Below, piece after piece: positions 42,701 to 51,328 of a stretch of 62,494 bases of DNA. The notes under the pieces were generated by a model. The model did not search any database, was not told where the DNA came from, and saw only the letters and a program-made list of their open reading frames with translations. How positions within the stretch are numbered: position 1 is the stretch's first letter; each line of letters begins with the position of its first letter. Position numbers and translations under genes: made by a program. This stretch comes from Muribaculaceae bacterium. GTDB lineage: Bacteria > Bacteroidota > Bacteroidia > Bacteroidales > Muribaculaceae. The stretch spans positions 1 through 62,494 of the forward strand of contig JAXJRL010000125.1 in assembly GCA_036310635.1 (NCBI GenBank), written 5' to 3'.

Positions 42701-42940
42701 GCCTACAAGGGCCCGCTGCAGCTGACCGCCGCCATCGGCGACCGCAAGCGCACCTTCACCCTCACCGCCGACAAGCCCTCGGGCGTTGAAGGCATCGACG
42801 CTGACAACAGCCAGGTTACCGCCGAAGAATGGTACACCACCGACGGCATCCGCATCGACGCTCCCGCCGCCAAGGGCATCTACATCGTGGTGCGCCACTA
42901 TGCCGACGGCTCAAAGAAGAGCGCCAAAGTCATCCAATAA
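36746..42940 (+). CDS. 2064-aa T9SS-secreted GLUG-motif beta-helix surface protein
   Basis: Signal peptide; three G.GT...YL..T..D modules, each followed by DG..HTI/KTV and GGI.G/CYN.G repeats; CTD WYTTDG...KGIYIV...KVI. Confidence 0.8.
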   Translation: MALFKKRRLAGAILAVLFASAGAAATVPASDVDVYSGFFGQLKQQQLRPAVKNPVQAPAWNIQLPEQGKVQPQASPQSQAAAEAAAIRKTRPVKITSTADLAGERVLTVRSLLNSSFGDGGGECTVTPIAGTDSILIEHFWNYSINLKAAVDVAAGTVTIPNQVVGQMQDNGDLDIAFCQNNGKPDRKKAVTGRIMSDGSIEIADWWGIYVVAGVNKDRYAYLGNETKIMRPNATMSMNFKDGRKALFSVVVDQRYDNRVYITNFGNYGMTVYIDLNTRRGGLIPCQVGRQYPENKANFLTCGVVGYDSAGNPQGVSNDIVVSQAAAGVDNTLQWGNWTAISQGTQLMYWGAILDGKIEYEGTFQYPKEVTGFLEGEGTETSPYLVKTADDLIRLAQGVNSVPASQYNAHLNGVDCARVYEGKHFRLANDLDLGATLFTPVGADPFHYFAGTFDGDNHTISHLNISSTDGLAALFGLVDEKGTVKNLRLESPNVECAAQTAGTVAGWCFGTIDNCHVNNANVKNTARIAGGLAGVAHTVTNSTVSDSYILGANGNPGGIAGQVDGLIENCHVRNTQVVGATGQAGLPAGGVVAALTGATGRNLSFTGTVDTRTYQCTMSTGGVVGVLSDAILEQSFAAGTVTAGPTDNLGRRSAAGGVVGKVYGSVIDNCYFTGKVSTYTNRCTGGITGWLNNETVGENTVTPVVRNSWTASVVTSETYLYDKEKEARETVGWIEDGCTPELTNLYYDNQWTNLNSTRFGATTAQLTAAAGPKGFDDSVWQFTAGQYPRLKVNADSEAAALSASAVVMPDRSSLKKVSGNVELHPLGATTYRLVLNGVAGDKGHFSTIEGTLLKITDQFGTDTIRVANGSTSYDLEIKIAPVPFAGEGTETNPYLISTKDDMMALGNVTTKVKQYFPGDHFLMTNDIDMQNDTSFLGICNDKDAYCKFAGIFDGGNHTIRNMKFDFIPWDVRPENAPDGIGSFDSKKAENVKGLFGRLAADGVIRNIIIDESCSYLFWARSGAIVGQNEGLVENCRNHADILAYSSTPGGIVGENRKGTVRRCYNDGTIVSGYNSPGGIVATGNGRVEECVNVGEVRIEQVPYFPTKENTMKNAGGIQGENNGTDFFDCANFGPVKAYSNVGGIAGMLAAVTSTSVMGHNELHRVLNVGNVTSTDRATIGALGGTNGTTGQIEAAYWDAQIVTEKAHGALTLKGAQGLTTARLISGTPLEGFNAETWDFTAGKYPVPAWCADEPALQHARSLIVNIPEGFTAANLQGSAALSGLEGHTWQLEKGADYAISGAVLTAPTSVEAKVSDVLTGKSGSYTRVLPISTNIAVPLAGKGTAEDSYLISTAEDWNALAAYITTADDNFAGKTLKVTADIDFTDKAFSPIFSGTHALEGTLDGNGKTVKGIAFTTDNTFQAPIGTVEATGVIRNLKMQGEVKTAKANTGAFTAKVYGTVENCENLVNLTATSGAGHSGFGTLYRDAVMTDVANRATIAGANGQLAGISHNVSAEGAVFTRVANYGTIKSTSTASSVNNFGGLVATCYPATFTDCHNEGTFEFAKANNANQVGGLIGNATSSTTPGMPLTLTGCYNTSDITAHNIVAGIVANNAQNKNTVVITDCYNRGNITSATDKSTSSAPTAGITAFFTAGSQIKGCRNYGKITAAKNVFAGGIVGSYKGTGAKTTPSLVFNCHNEGEISADGNQGAGIMGISMAYTTIDSCSNVASVSGGFGMAGILANISGEGLVISRCWNEGNIDGANRYVGGIGGWGNVEGTITECFNTGNITSHSDIQGSGTTAGFGIGGIAGYAGSHITRCYNTGAVTGATRVGGIVGSTFKNRTKLAECYNTGKVTAPEGMGSALVGTAVTEEADWNTGNTADNCFFLTDSVADPRGKALTLKELAALDMGERWIAGDDYTLPIIAALNVDAARLWAACVVLDGDDTFEHVTCNFNVGAPEGLVWTASEPVLSFQGTRAVFSDEAYKGPLQLTAAIGDRKRTFTLTADKPSGVEGIDADNSQVTAEEWYTTDGIRIDAPAAKGIYIVVRHYADGSKKSAKVIQ

Positions 42941-42979
42941 CCCTCGCGGACACATAAACCGCAAAAAATCAGCCTAAAC

Positions 42980-43019
42980 AATCATGGCCGGGACAAACCA
43001 GTTCCGGCCATGATTTTTT
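42980..43019 (+). terminator. Terminator after the GLUG protein gene
   Basis: AATCATGGCCGG...CCGGCCATGATT followed by a T-run. Confidence 0.75.
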
Positions 43020-43043
43020 CCTTCCCCCATCACCCTGCGACAA

Positions 43044-43139
43044 TATGCGATGAAAAACGCCGCAGAATTTGCGACGTTTTTCATCGCATAATTTGCTAAT
43101 GCCACGTTTTTACGCTATCTTTGACGCAAAATCTGCGAC
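43044..43139 (+). promoter_or_regulatory. Fic gene promoter with palindromic operator array
   Basis: 16-bp perfect inverted repeat 43044-43059/43075-43090; TTTG(43092)-N20-TATCTTTG(43116); three CGCAnAATnTGC sites. Confidence 0.65.
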
Positions 43140-43159
43140 ATTATTAGCTTACAAACAAG

Positions 43160-44449
43160 ATGTACATTCACGAAAGAGACAATTGGACGGCATTCAGATG
43201 GGATGCTTCTGAACTGACAGCGATACTGGAAACAGTGAGCCTCAAGCAGGGCCGGCTGTATGGCAGGCTTGCCTCGCTCGGCTTCGACAGCAAGCTCAAG
43301 GCCATGGCTGAGAACCTTACCTCCGACATTGTGTATTCGTCGGAGATAGAGGGCATAAGCCTGAATGTGGACGAGGTCCGGTCGTCCATAGCCCGGGAAC
43401 TCGGCATCGAGAATGTGCGATACACGGCGCCGTCGCATTATGTGGACTCGGTCGTGGCCGCCATGCTCAATGCCTTGGACCACTATAACCGCCTTCTGAC
43501 CAAGGACAAACTGTGCGCATGGCAGGCCGCGTTCTTTCCCTCCGGTTTCAGCGAGGGATCGCACATTGAAATCGGCAGGTACCGCACCAACGAAGAGCAT
43601 ATCGTTTCAGGGATGTTCGGCAGAGAGCGTGTGCACTACATCGCGCCGTCGCCTGACCGTGTGGAGAAGGAAATGGAGCGCTTCATCGAGTGGTTCAACA
43701 GCGAGGAGAACGTGAGCTTTGTCATCCGCTCGGCCGTTGCCCATCTGTGGTTCGTGAGCATACACCCCTTCGAGGACGGCAATGGCCGGCTCGCACGCAT
43801 TCTCTCCGACATGATGCTGGCGCGGAGCGACAAGAGCGAGTACCGGTTCTACAACATCTCCTCGCAGATAAACAGGGACAAAAAGCGCTACTACGAAATC
43901 CTCGAGGAGACACAGCGTGGCGATGGCGACATAACAAAATGGATTCTGTGGTATGCCTCAACCCTGTCAAAGGCGCTCGACGAGGCTGAAACCATCGTGA
44001 GCACCATCCTGAACAAGAGCATATTCTGGCAAAGGGCCGCATCAATGGCTTTGAGCCAACGCCAGACCGACATAATCAATATGTTCCTGGACGGTTACGA
44101 GGCAAAAATCACTTCCAAGACCTGGGCCGCGCTTGCGAAGTGCTCGAAGGACACTGCAATCCGCGACATTCAGGATCTCGTGGCAAAAAACATTCTCGCC
44201 GAGGACATTCCAGGAGCCAAACGCCCGAGCTATTCCATAGTCTACAACCCGGAGGATATCTCCGCCCTCTTTTCCGACATCGGGGTTGAGCAGGAGAACG
44301 GGACCAATTACCTTGTGGCTACGTACAGAGGCGCGACAACCGTGCGTGAACAGATTAGAAAGCTGGATGCCGACCGTTTCCTGCGAGGCGACCTGCCCCT
44401 GCCCCACATCCTCGCAAAATACTTCGCGCACCTCATCCCCAAAAACTAA
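43160..44449 (+). CDS. Fic family protein (DUF4172-Fic-wHTH)
   Basis: HPFEDGNGRLAR catalytic motif; N-terminal SSEIEG inhibitory motif; SKDTAIRDIQDL HTH. Confidence 0.92.
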   Translation: MYIHERDNWTAFRWDASELTAILETVSLKQGRLYGRLASLGFDSKLKAMAENLTSDIVYSSEIEGISLNVDEVRSSIARELGIENVRYTAPSHYVDSVVAAMLNALDHYNRLLTKDKLCAWQAAFFPSGFSEGSHIEIGRYRTNEEHIVSGMFGRERVHYIAPSPDRVEKEMERFIEWFNSEENVSFVIRSAVAHLWFVSIHPFEDGNGRLARILSDMMLARSDKSEYRFYNISSQINRDKKRYYEILEETQRGDGDITKWILWYASTLSKALDEAETIVSTILNKSIFWQRAASMALSQRQTDIINMFLDGYEAKITSKTWAALAKCSKDTAIRDIQDLVAKNILAEDIPGAKRPSYSIVYNPEDISALFSDIGVEQENGTNYLVATYRGATTVREQIRKLDADRFLRGDLPLPHILAKYFAHLIPKN

Positions 44450-44505
44450 AACCGGGAGCGTCCGCGCCGACAAGACTTTGCGATAAGTCTGAGTGCACAT
44501 ACACG

Positions 44506-44551
44506 CGGAGCGCACCGTCCCGAAAGAGAGGCGGTGCGCTCCGTCTCTTTT
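44506..44551 (+). terminator. Terminator after fic
   Basis: CGGAGCGCACCG...CGGTGCGCTCCG followed by TCTCTTTT. Confidence 0.7.
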
Positions 44552-44833
44552 CAGAGAGCAGGCTTTTCAGAGCACTCATTTTCAGAGAACATTTCAGGGA
44601 AAAGAGGAAAAAGGGAGGCGATGGGGTGGAAAATGCTTGGGGAGTGCGTGGAATTTGTTAACTTTGCAGTTTGAAACGAACGGATGCGCCGGGCACCAGT
44701 TGACAACCGGCCGCCACGGCTGCAACGCACTGACCGTCAGGCGGCAAAATGGCCGGCACCCGGAGCGGTCCCAAAACGGGTATCACTTTCAGAAAAGAAC
44801 CGAATATCACATTATAACAAACATTTACGCACA

Positions 44834-46474
44834 GTGGATACAAAATACATTTTTGTGACGGGCGGTGTTGTTTCCTCGCTGGGAAAGGGCATCATATCGT
44901 CGTCGCTGGCTTGCCTGCTGAAGGCACGCGGCTACAGGGTCACCATCCAGAAGTTCGACCCATACATCAACATTGACCCGGGAACGCTTAATCCGTACGA
45001 GCACGGCGAATGCTATGTGACCGTTGACGGCCACGAGGCCGACCTCGACCTGGGCCACTACGAGCGCTTCACCGGCATACAGACCACCCGCGCCAACAAT
45101 GTGACCACGGGCAGGATATACCAGAGCGTGATTCACAAGGAGCGCGAGGGTGTGTACCTGGGCAAGACGGTGCAGATAGTGCCGCACATCACCGACGAGA
45201 TCAAGCGCAATGTCAAGGCGCTGGGCATGACCGGCAAGTTTGACTTTGTGATCACCGAGATCGGCGGCGTGGTGGGCGACATCGAGAGCCTGCCGTTCCT
45301 GGAGGCCGTGCGCCAGCTGCGCTGGGAACTTGGCACCAACGCCCTGTGCCTGCATCTGACCTACGTGCCGTTCATCGCCGCAGCCAAGGAGCTGAAGACC
45401 AAGCCCACTCAGCACTCCGTCAAGGCCCTGCAGGAGCTGGGCATTCAGCCCGACGTGCTGGTGCTCCGCACCGAGAAGCACATCACCCCGGAGATGCGCC
45501 GTAAGATAGCGCTGTTCTGCAACGTGAGCCCGGAGGCCGTGGTGCAGTCGCTCGACCTGCCGAGCATCTACAAGGTGCCGGTGGCCATGCACGAGCAGCG
45601 CCTCGACGAGATAGTGCTTGGCAAGACCCTCACCCCCATTCCCTGGGGCCAGATAGAGATGAAGCCGTGGCTCCACTTCCTGGAGCGCATGGATTCCGCC
45701 ACCAAGACCGTGACAATAGGCCTGGTGGGCAAGTATGTGGAGCTGCAGGACGCCTACAAGTCAATCAACGAGGCCCTGTTCCAGGCTGCCACCTACAATG
45801 ACCACAAGCTGAAACTGAAGTATATCCACTCCGAGAAGCTCGACGAGAGCAACGTGGAGGAGAAGCTCAGCGGCCTGGACGGAGTGATTGTGGCACCCGG
45901 ATTCGGCAACCGCGGCATCGAGGGCAAGTTCGTGGCCCTGAAGTGGTGCCGCGAGCACGATGTGCCCACCTTCGGCATCTGCCTGGGCATGCAGTGCATG
46001 GTCATCGAGTTCGCCCGCAACGTGATGGGCCTGCACGAGGCCAATTCCACCGAGATGGACGCCAACACCCCCTACCCCGTCATTGACCTGATGGAGGACC
46101 AGAAGAGCGTCACCGAGAAAGGCGGCACCATGCGTCTCGGCGCTTACGACTGCACCCTGAAGCCCGGTTCGCGTGCCGCCGAAGCTTACGGCACCGAGCA
46201 TGTGAGCGAGCGTCACCGCCACCGCTTTGAGTTCAACGAAGCTTTCCGCGACCGCTTCGAGGAGGCCGGCATGAAGTGCGTGGGCGAGAATCCCGGCACC
46301 AAGCTGGTTGAGGTGGTGGAGATTCCGGAGAAGCGCTGGTTCATAGGCACACAGTACCACCCCGAGTACTCGTCGACGGTGCTGAAGCCCAATCCCATCT
46401 TCCTGTCGTTCGTGCGCGCCGCCATCAAGTACGGCGAGGAGCGCGAGCTGGAGCAGGAGTCGGTAAGCAAGTGA
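44834..46474 (+). CDS. pyrG: CTP synthase (GTG start)
   Basis: KYIFVTGGVVSSLGKG, KTKPTQHSV, GICLGMQ, QYHPE; TAACTTTG box at 44659. Confidence 0.97.
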   Translation: MDTKYIFVTGGVVSSLGKGIISSSLACLLKARGYRVTIQKFDPYINIDPGTLNPYEHGECYVTVDGHEADLDLGHYERFTGIQTTRANNVTTGRIYQSVIHKEREGVYLGKTVQIVPHITDEIKRNVKALGMTGKFDFVITEIGGVVGDIESLPFLEAVRQLRWELGTNALCLHLTYVPFIAAAKELKTKPTQHSVKALQELGIQPDVLVLRTEKHITPEMRRKIALFCNVSPEAVVQSLDLPSIYKVPVAMHEQRLDEIVLGKTLTPIPWGQIEMKPWLHFLERMDSATKTVTIGLVGKYVELQDAYKSINEALFQAATYNDHKLKLKYIHSEKLDESNVEEKLSGLDGVIVAPGFGNRGIEGKFVALKWCREHDVPTFGICLGMQCMVIEFARNVMGLHEANSTEMDANTPYPVIDLMEDQKSVTEKGGTMRLGAYDCTLKPGSRAAEAYGTEHVSERHRHRFEFNEAFRDRFEEAGMKCVGENPGTKLVEVVEIPEKRWFIGTQYHPEYSSTVLKPNPIFLSFVRAAIKYGEERELEQESVSK

Positions 46475-46548
46475 CAAACCATATTGATTCACAGAATATT
46501 ATAGCAACAACCACCAAAAAAAACGCATAACCCTAAAACATCGTACCG

Positions 46549-48648
46549 ATGGACAAGAACACCCTTATAGGCCTGCTGCTGATCGGAGCCATCCTCTTCG
46601 GCTTCACCATCTGCCAGCGCGACAAGGCCGAGAAACTCGCCCAGAACAACGACACAGTGGAGAAAGTGGACGGCAAAGCCGAGAAGGCAGCCGCCGACCT
46701 GGCCACTCCCGCCGCCGACAGCGTGTTTGCGGCCGAAATCAGCCGCAAGGTGGCAGCCAACGGCCGTGCCGACGGCGACGGCAGCAAGAGCCTGACCATA
46801 GGCAAGAGCCTGCTCACAGTCGACAGTCTGGGCACGCTCAGCGGCACCGTAACCGTTGAGGGCAAGGCACTGAACGTGGCCGATGTGCTCAACCCGGCGT
46901 CGGAGATGACCGCCGAGCAGCGCCGCGCCGCCATGGCCGCTCTGCGCGAGGACATGACCAACGTGGACCGCTACAGCCAGTTCGCCGGATTTGTGGGCGG
47001 CGCCAATGACACCATCCACATCAACAACGGCCTGATCGACGTGACCTTCGCCAGCCTGGGCGGACGCGTGGAGAGCGTGGTGCTTCCCGGCTACAAGACC
47101 GAGACCACCGACCCCGCCACCGACATCGTGCTCATGGACCCCGCCACCGACAGCTACGAGTTCGAGCTGCAGACCGCCAACCAGCGCATCACCACCGGCA
47201 TGCTCAACTTCAAGGCCGAAAAGGTGAACGACTCCACCGTGGTGATGAGCCTGCCCCTGAGCGAGACCGCACAGCTGGCCATACGCTACACCGTGGTGCC
47301 CGGCGAATACCTGGTGAAGATGGACCTGGAGCAGAAAGGCATGCAGACCATCATCCCCGCCAACCAGAACAACATGCTGATGCGCTGGCACCAGACCCTG
47401 CGCCGCAACGAGACCGGCAAGACCTTCGAGGAGCGCAACTCTACCATCGTCTACAAGTTTGACGGCGAGAGCCCCGACGAGCTCGACGCCAACAGCAATG
47501 ACGACGACGAGCTGAAAGGCAGCCTCAAGTGGGTGGCCTTCAAGAACCAGTTCTTCTCCACAGCCCTCATCGCCAAGCGCAACATGAGCACCGCCGACGT
47601 GAAGAGCGAGGTGGTGAAAGGCCCGAAGGAGCTCAAGAACATGAGCATGGAGGCATCGATGCCCTACTCCAGCCTGGAGGCCAACCCGGCATCGTTCGCA
47701 TTCTACTTCGGCCCCAACGACTATCCCCTGCTCTCCGACATGGACCACCGCCTGGCAGCCTTTGCCGCCGACGGCGAGGACAACCCCGACCTGCAGCTCA
47801 ACAAGCTGGTCAACGTGGGCTGGGGCATTTTCGGCTGGATCAACAAGTTTGTGGTCATCCCCGTGTTCTCCTTCCTGAGCGACTATATCAGCAACTACGG
47901 CATCATCATCCTGATCCTCACCCTGCTGGTGAAGCTGGTACTGTTCCCGCTCACCTTCAAGAGCTACATGAGCCAGGCCAAGATGCGCGTGCTGGCGCCC
48001 GAAATCAAGGCCATCAACGACAAATACCCCGACCAGGCCGACGCCATGAAGAAACAGCAGGAGACCATGGCCCTCTACTCGCGCGCCGGAGCCAGCCCCT
48101 TCGCCGGCTGCCTGCCCATGCTGCTCCAGATGCCTATCCTCATCGCCATGTTTGCCTTCTTCCCCTCGGCCATCGAGCTCCGCGGAGAGTCGTTCCTGTG
48201 GGCACATGACCTGTCGGCGCCCGACTTTGTGTTCACCCTGCCATTCAGCATCCCCTTCCTGGGCAACAAGCTGAGCCTCTTCTGCCTGCTCATGACCGTG
48301 GTCAACATACTGTACACACGCATCAACATGCAGAACCAGCCCACATCGTCGAGCATGCCCGGCATGAAGTGGATGATGTACCTGATGCCTCTCATGTTCC
48401 TGTTCTTCTTCAACGACTATGCCTCGGGCCTGAGCTACTACTACTTCCTGTCGCTGCTCATCACCATCGTGCAGACCTACATCTTCCGCCTGGTCATCAA
48501 CGAGGACAAGGTTCGCGCCGAGATGCTGGCCAACGCCAAGAAGCCCCGCAAGAAGACCGGATTCATGGCTCGCCTCGAGGAAGCGCAGAAGCGCCAGGAG
48601 GCCATGATGCGCGAGCAGCAGCGCGCCCAGAACAAGCGCCGCCGCTAA
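46549..48648 (+). CDS. yidC: Membrane protein insertase YidC
   Basis: MDKNTLIG, FYFGPN, NYGIII, GCLP.LLQMP, LWAHDLS. Confidence 0.95.
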   Translation: MDKNTLIGLLLIGAILFGFTICQRDKAEKLAQNNDTVEKVDGKAEKAAADLATPAADSVFAAEISRKVAANGRADGDGSKSLTIGKSLLTVDSLGTLSGTVTVEGKALNVADVLNPASEMTAEQRRAAMAALREDMTNVDRYSQFAGFVGGANDTIHINNGLIDVTFASLGGRVESVVLPGYKTETTDPATDIVLMDPATDSYEFELQTANQRITTGMLNFKAEKVNDSTVVMSLPLSETAQLAIRYTVVPGEYLVKMDLEQKGMQTIIPANQNNMLMRWHQTLRRNETGKTFEERNSTIVYKFDGESPDELDANSNDDDELKGSLKWVAFKNQFFSTALIAKRNMSTADVKSEVVKGPKELKNMSMEASMPYSSLEANPASFAFYFGPNDYPLLSDMDHRLAAFAADGEDNPDLQLNKLVNVGWGIFGWINKFVVIPVFSFLSDYISNYGIIILILTLLVKLVLFPLTFKSYMSQAKMRVLAPEIKAINDKYPDQADAMKKQQETMALYSRAGASPFAGCLPMLLQMPILIAMFAFFPSAIELRGESFLWAHDLSAPDFVFTLPFSIPFLGNKLSLFCLLMTVVNILYTRINMQNQPTSSSMPGMKWMMYLMPLMFLFFFNDYASGLSYYYFLSLLITIVQTYIFRLVINEDKVRAEMLANAKKPRKKTGFMARLEEAQKRQEAMMREQQRAQNKRRR

Positions 48649-48827
48649 TCCGCTCAGCCAATCCCTGTCAATCCCATAGCAAATCCCGCACCGGAGCCTC
48701 AAAAAGCTCCAGTGCGGGTTTGTTTATGCATGGAGTGAACCGGCGGGCCGGGCGTGTGTTAGAATATAAAGGGCCGGTGCCAGCACCGTGTCCCCTCTAT
48801 TCATCAACATTCGCCACATTCCCAGCC

Positions 48828-50207
48828 ATGACACCACTGACCATACTCCTCGCCGCAGCACCGGCGGCCGCCGAGTCGCCCATAGACAAACTGACGGAGC
48901 ACCCGCACACCCTGATACCCTCCTACGAGTTCGCCAAGGGCATCCTCGAGACCATCGACAAAGTTCTGAGCCTGATAGGCCTGGGCGGCGTGCGCTGGGC
49001 CCAGGAGGCTGTCTATGCCGCCGTGATAGGCGTCATAGCCCTGGGCATCGGCATGCTGATACGCTGGGCTCTGCTGGCCGGTGTGCGCAAGCTGGTGCGC
49101 GTGCGCAACAGCGAGTTCGGACGCGAGCTCCTCAAGGAGCGCACGCTCTCCAAGTGCTCGCACATCATACCGCCGCTCATCTTCATGGCGCTGATCCCCT
49201 TTGCCTTCAACCACCACTCGTCCATGCTGTGGATGCTGATGCGCTTCATGGGCGTATACACCATCGTGGCCTTCGCTATCGGCTTCAACGCCGTGCTGAC
49301 ATTCGCCTTCAACCGCTACGACGAGCATGAGAACACCCGCAACCTGCCGCTGCGGGGCATCCTCAACGTGGCCCACGGCATAGTGTGGATCATAGTGGCG
49401 ATCCTTAGCATATCGATAATGCTCGACAAGAGCCCCACGGTGCTCCTGGCAGGCCTCGGCGCCTTTGCCGCCGCCCTGATGCTGATATTCAAGAACAGCA
49501 TCCTTGGCCTGGTGGCCGGCGTGCAGCTGTCGCAGAACGACATGCTCCACGTGGGCGACTGGATTGTGGTGCCCGGCACCCCTGCCAACGGCACGGTGCT
49601 CGACGTGTCGCTCACCACTGTGAAAGTGTACAACTGGGACAACACCATCGTCACCGTGCCTCCCTACAACCTGATATCGGGCGCGTTCCAGAACTGGCGC
49701 GGCATGAAGGAGAGCGGTGCACGGCGCATACTCCAGAACTTCACCGTCGACGGCTACGCCCCCGTAACCGACCAGATGCTGACCGACATCGGCAACAAGT
49801 ATCCCGAGATGAAGGACTACATCGAGCGCCTTCGCACCCCCGGCTCCGGAGGCTGGGCCGTGGACGGCGGCATCCGTCCGCTCAACGGCACCATCGAGAC
49901 CAACATCGGCCTGTACCGCGCCTATCTGTGCCAGTATCTGATGAACAACCCCCACATAGCCAAGGACCAGCGCGTGATGGTTCGCTTCACCGGCTCGAAC
50001 GAGAACGGCTACACGCTGCAGATATGGTGCTTCACCAACACCACCGATTTCAATGCCTACGAGGGCATACAGAGCGCCGTGATGGAGCACGTGGCCATCA
50101 CTCTCGGCGACTTCGGTCTGGAGCTCTACAACGCCGGCGAGGACACCATCGACTTCGACGGGCCGCTGCACTTCGTTGCCGCTCCCGCCGCCGTTTCCGC
50201 AAAATAA
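48828..50207 (+). CDS. MscS family mechanosensitive channel (YbdG/MscM-like)
   Basis: Likely start 48828; GLGAFAAALML.FK..ILGLVAG.QLS.NDM...GDWI, NWDNT, FQNWRGM.ESG.RRI. Confidence 0.9.
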   Translation: MTPLTILLAAAPAAAESPIDKLTEHPHTLIPSYEFAKGILETIDKVLSLIGLGGVRWAQEAVYAAVIGVIALGIGMLIRWALLAGVRKLVRVRNSEFGRELLKERTLSKCSHIIPPLIFMALIPFAFNHHSSMLWMLMRFMGVYTIVAFAIGFNAVLTFAFNRYDEHENTRNLPLRGILNVAHGIVWIIVAILSISIMLDKSPTVLLAGLGAFAAALMLIFKNSILGLVAGVQLSQNDMLHVGDWIVVPGTPANGTVLDVSLTTVKVYNWDNTIVTVPPYNLISGAFQNWRGMKESGARRILQNFTVDGYAPVTDQMLTDIGNKYPEMKDYIERLRTPGSGGWAVDGGIRPLNGTIETNIGLYRAYLCQYLMNNPHIAKDQRVMVRFTGSNENGYTLQIWCFTNTTDFNAYEGIQSAVMEHVAITLGDFGLELYNAGEDTIDFDGPLHFVAAPAAVSAK

Positions 50208-50234
50208 CTGACAACTTCATAACAACATACGGAC

Positions 50235-51302
50235 ATGAAATCCAAGAGAACAACATACGCCATGGCACTGGCCGCAATGACGGCAGTGCTGGCCGGAACA
50301 GCCACAACAGCATGCTCCAACAGCGACAAGCCCACCCAGAGCGGGCCGCTGAAGGTGGAGGTGAAAGTAGCCGGAAGCGGCACAAGCGCCGACGGCGCGC
50401 GCACCTACTCGGGCACTGTGGAGTCAGGCGAGACATCGACAGTGAGCTTCAACGTGCCCGGCACCATTCAGAAGATGTATGTCGAGGTGGGCCAGAAAGT
50501 GGCCAAAGGCCAGCTCCTTGCCACCGTCAAGGGTGCTGACCTGCAGAATGCCAGCAACATAGCCCAGGCCGAGCTGGCCGAGGCGCAGGACGCCTACCGC
50601 CGTCTCAAGAAGCTGCACGACGCCAACGCGCTGCCCGAGATAAAATGGGTGGAGGTGCAGCAGAAACTCAAGCAGGCACAGAATGCCGCGGCGATAGCCA
50701 GCCGCGGCGTGGGCGACGCCTCGCTCCACTCGCCCATTTCGGGCTATGTGTCGGCAAAACTTGCCGACGAAGGGCAGACGGTGATTGCCGCGCAGCCGGT
50801 GCTCACCATCGTGAGCCTCTCGGACATGCAGGTGGCCATATCTGTGCCCGAGGACGAGATAGGCGCCTTCAAGGAGGGCTCTACGGCCACGGTGACCTTC
50901 GACGGCGTTGACAGCCTGAAAACCACAGGCCGTCTGCGCCAGAAAGCCGTGGTGGCCGACCCGCTCACCCGCTCTTACTCTGTGAAATACGACATTCCCA
51001 GCACCAACGGCAAGATTCTGCCCGGCATGATAGGCACCGTGAGCGTGACTGCCGCCGCCGACACCACCGCAAGCAGCGCACCAGGCCGGTTCGAGCTGCC
51101 CTCGCAGGCCGTGCTTCTCGCTGCCGACAACACCCAGTTTGTATGGGTGGTAAAGAACGGGCGCGCCGAGCGTCGCACCGTCACAGCCGAGCAGTTCAGC
51201 GACAACGGCGTGGCCGTGAGCCGCGGCCTGCAGAAGGGCGACAGCGTGATTGTGGCCGGCATGCAGAAGGTGGGCACCGGCACAGCCGTAACCACCCGAT
51301 AA
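50235..51302 (+). CDS. RND efflux periplasmic adaptor, lipoprotein
   Basis: Lipobox TTAC; V.VGQKV.KGQLL, ADP.TRSY, LPGM, GL..GD.VI..G. Confidence 0.92.
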   Translation: MKSKRTTYAMALAAMTAVLAGTATTACSNSDKPTQSGPLKVEVKVAGSGTSADGARTYSGTVESGETSTVSFNVPGTIQKMYVEVGQKVAKGQLLATVKGADLQNASNIAQAELAEAQDAYRRLKKLHDANALPEIKWVEVQQKLKQAQNAAAIASRGVGDASLHSPISGYVSAKLADEGQTVIAAQPVLTIVSLSDMQVAISVPEDEIGAFKEGSTATVTFDGVDSLKTTGRLRQKAVVADPLTRSYSVKYDIPSTNGKILPGMIGTVSVTAAADTTASSAPGRFELPSQAVLLAADNTQFVWVVKNGRAERRTVTAEQFSDNGVAVSRGLQKGDSVIVAGMQKVGTGTAVTTR

Positions 51303-51328
51303 TGACAAACATTCAACCGTAAGAAGCC

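Noticed and set aside
46489..48702. Long antisense ORFs (737 aa here; also 37088..38647, 52490..54067, 54529..55911, 48804..50171)
   Set aside because: Shadow frames opposite well-supported genes, expected from high GC3 codon bias; no recognisable motifs.
48369..48827. Upstream extensions of track ORFs (MscS; also pyrG 44684, Ald-like 34417, apbE 25490, TolC 54379, GT4 30467)
   Set aside because: They run through neighbouring genes, terminators or promoters; family-typical sequence begins at the downstream starts given in features.
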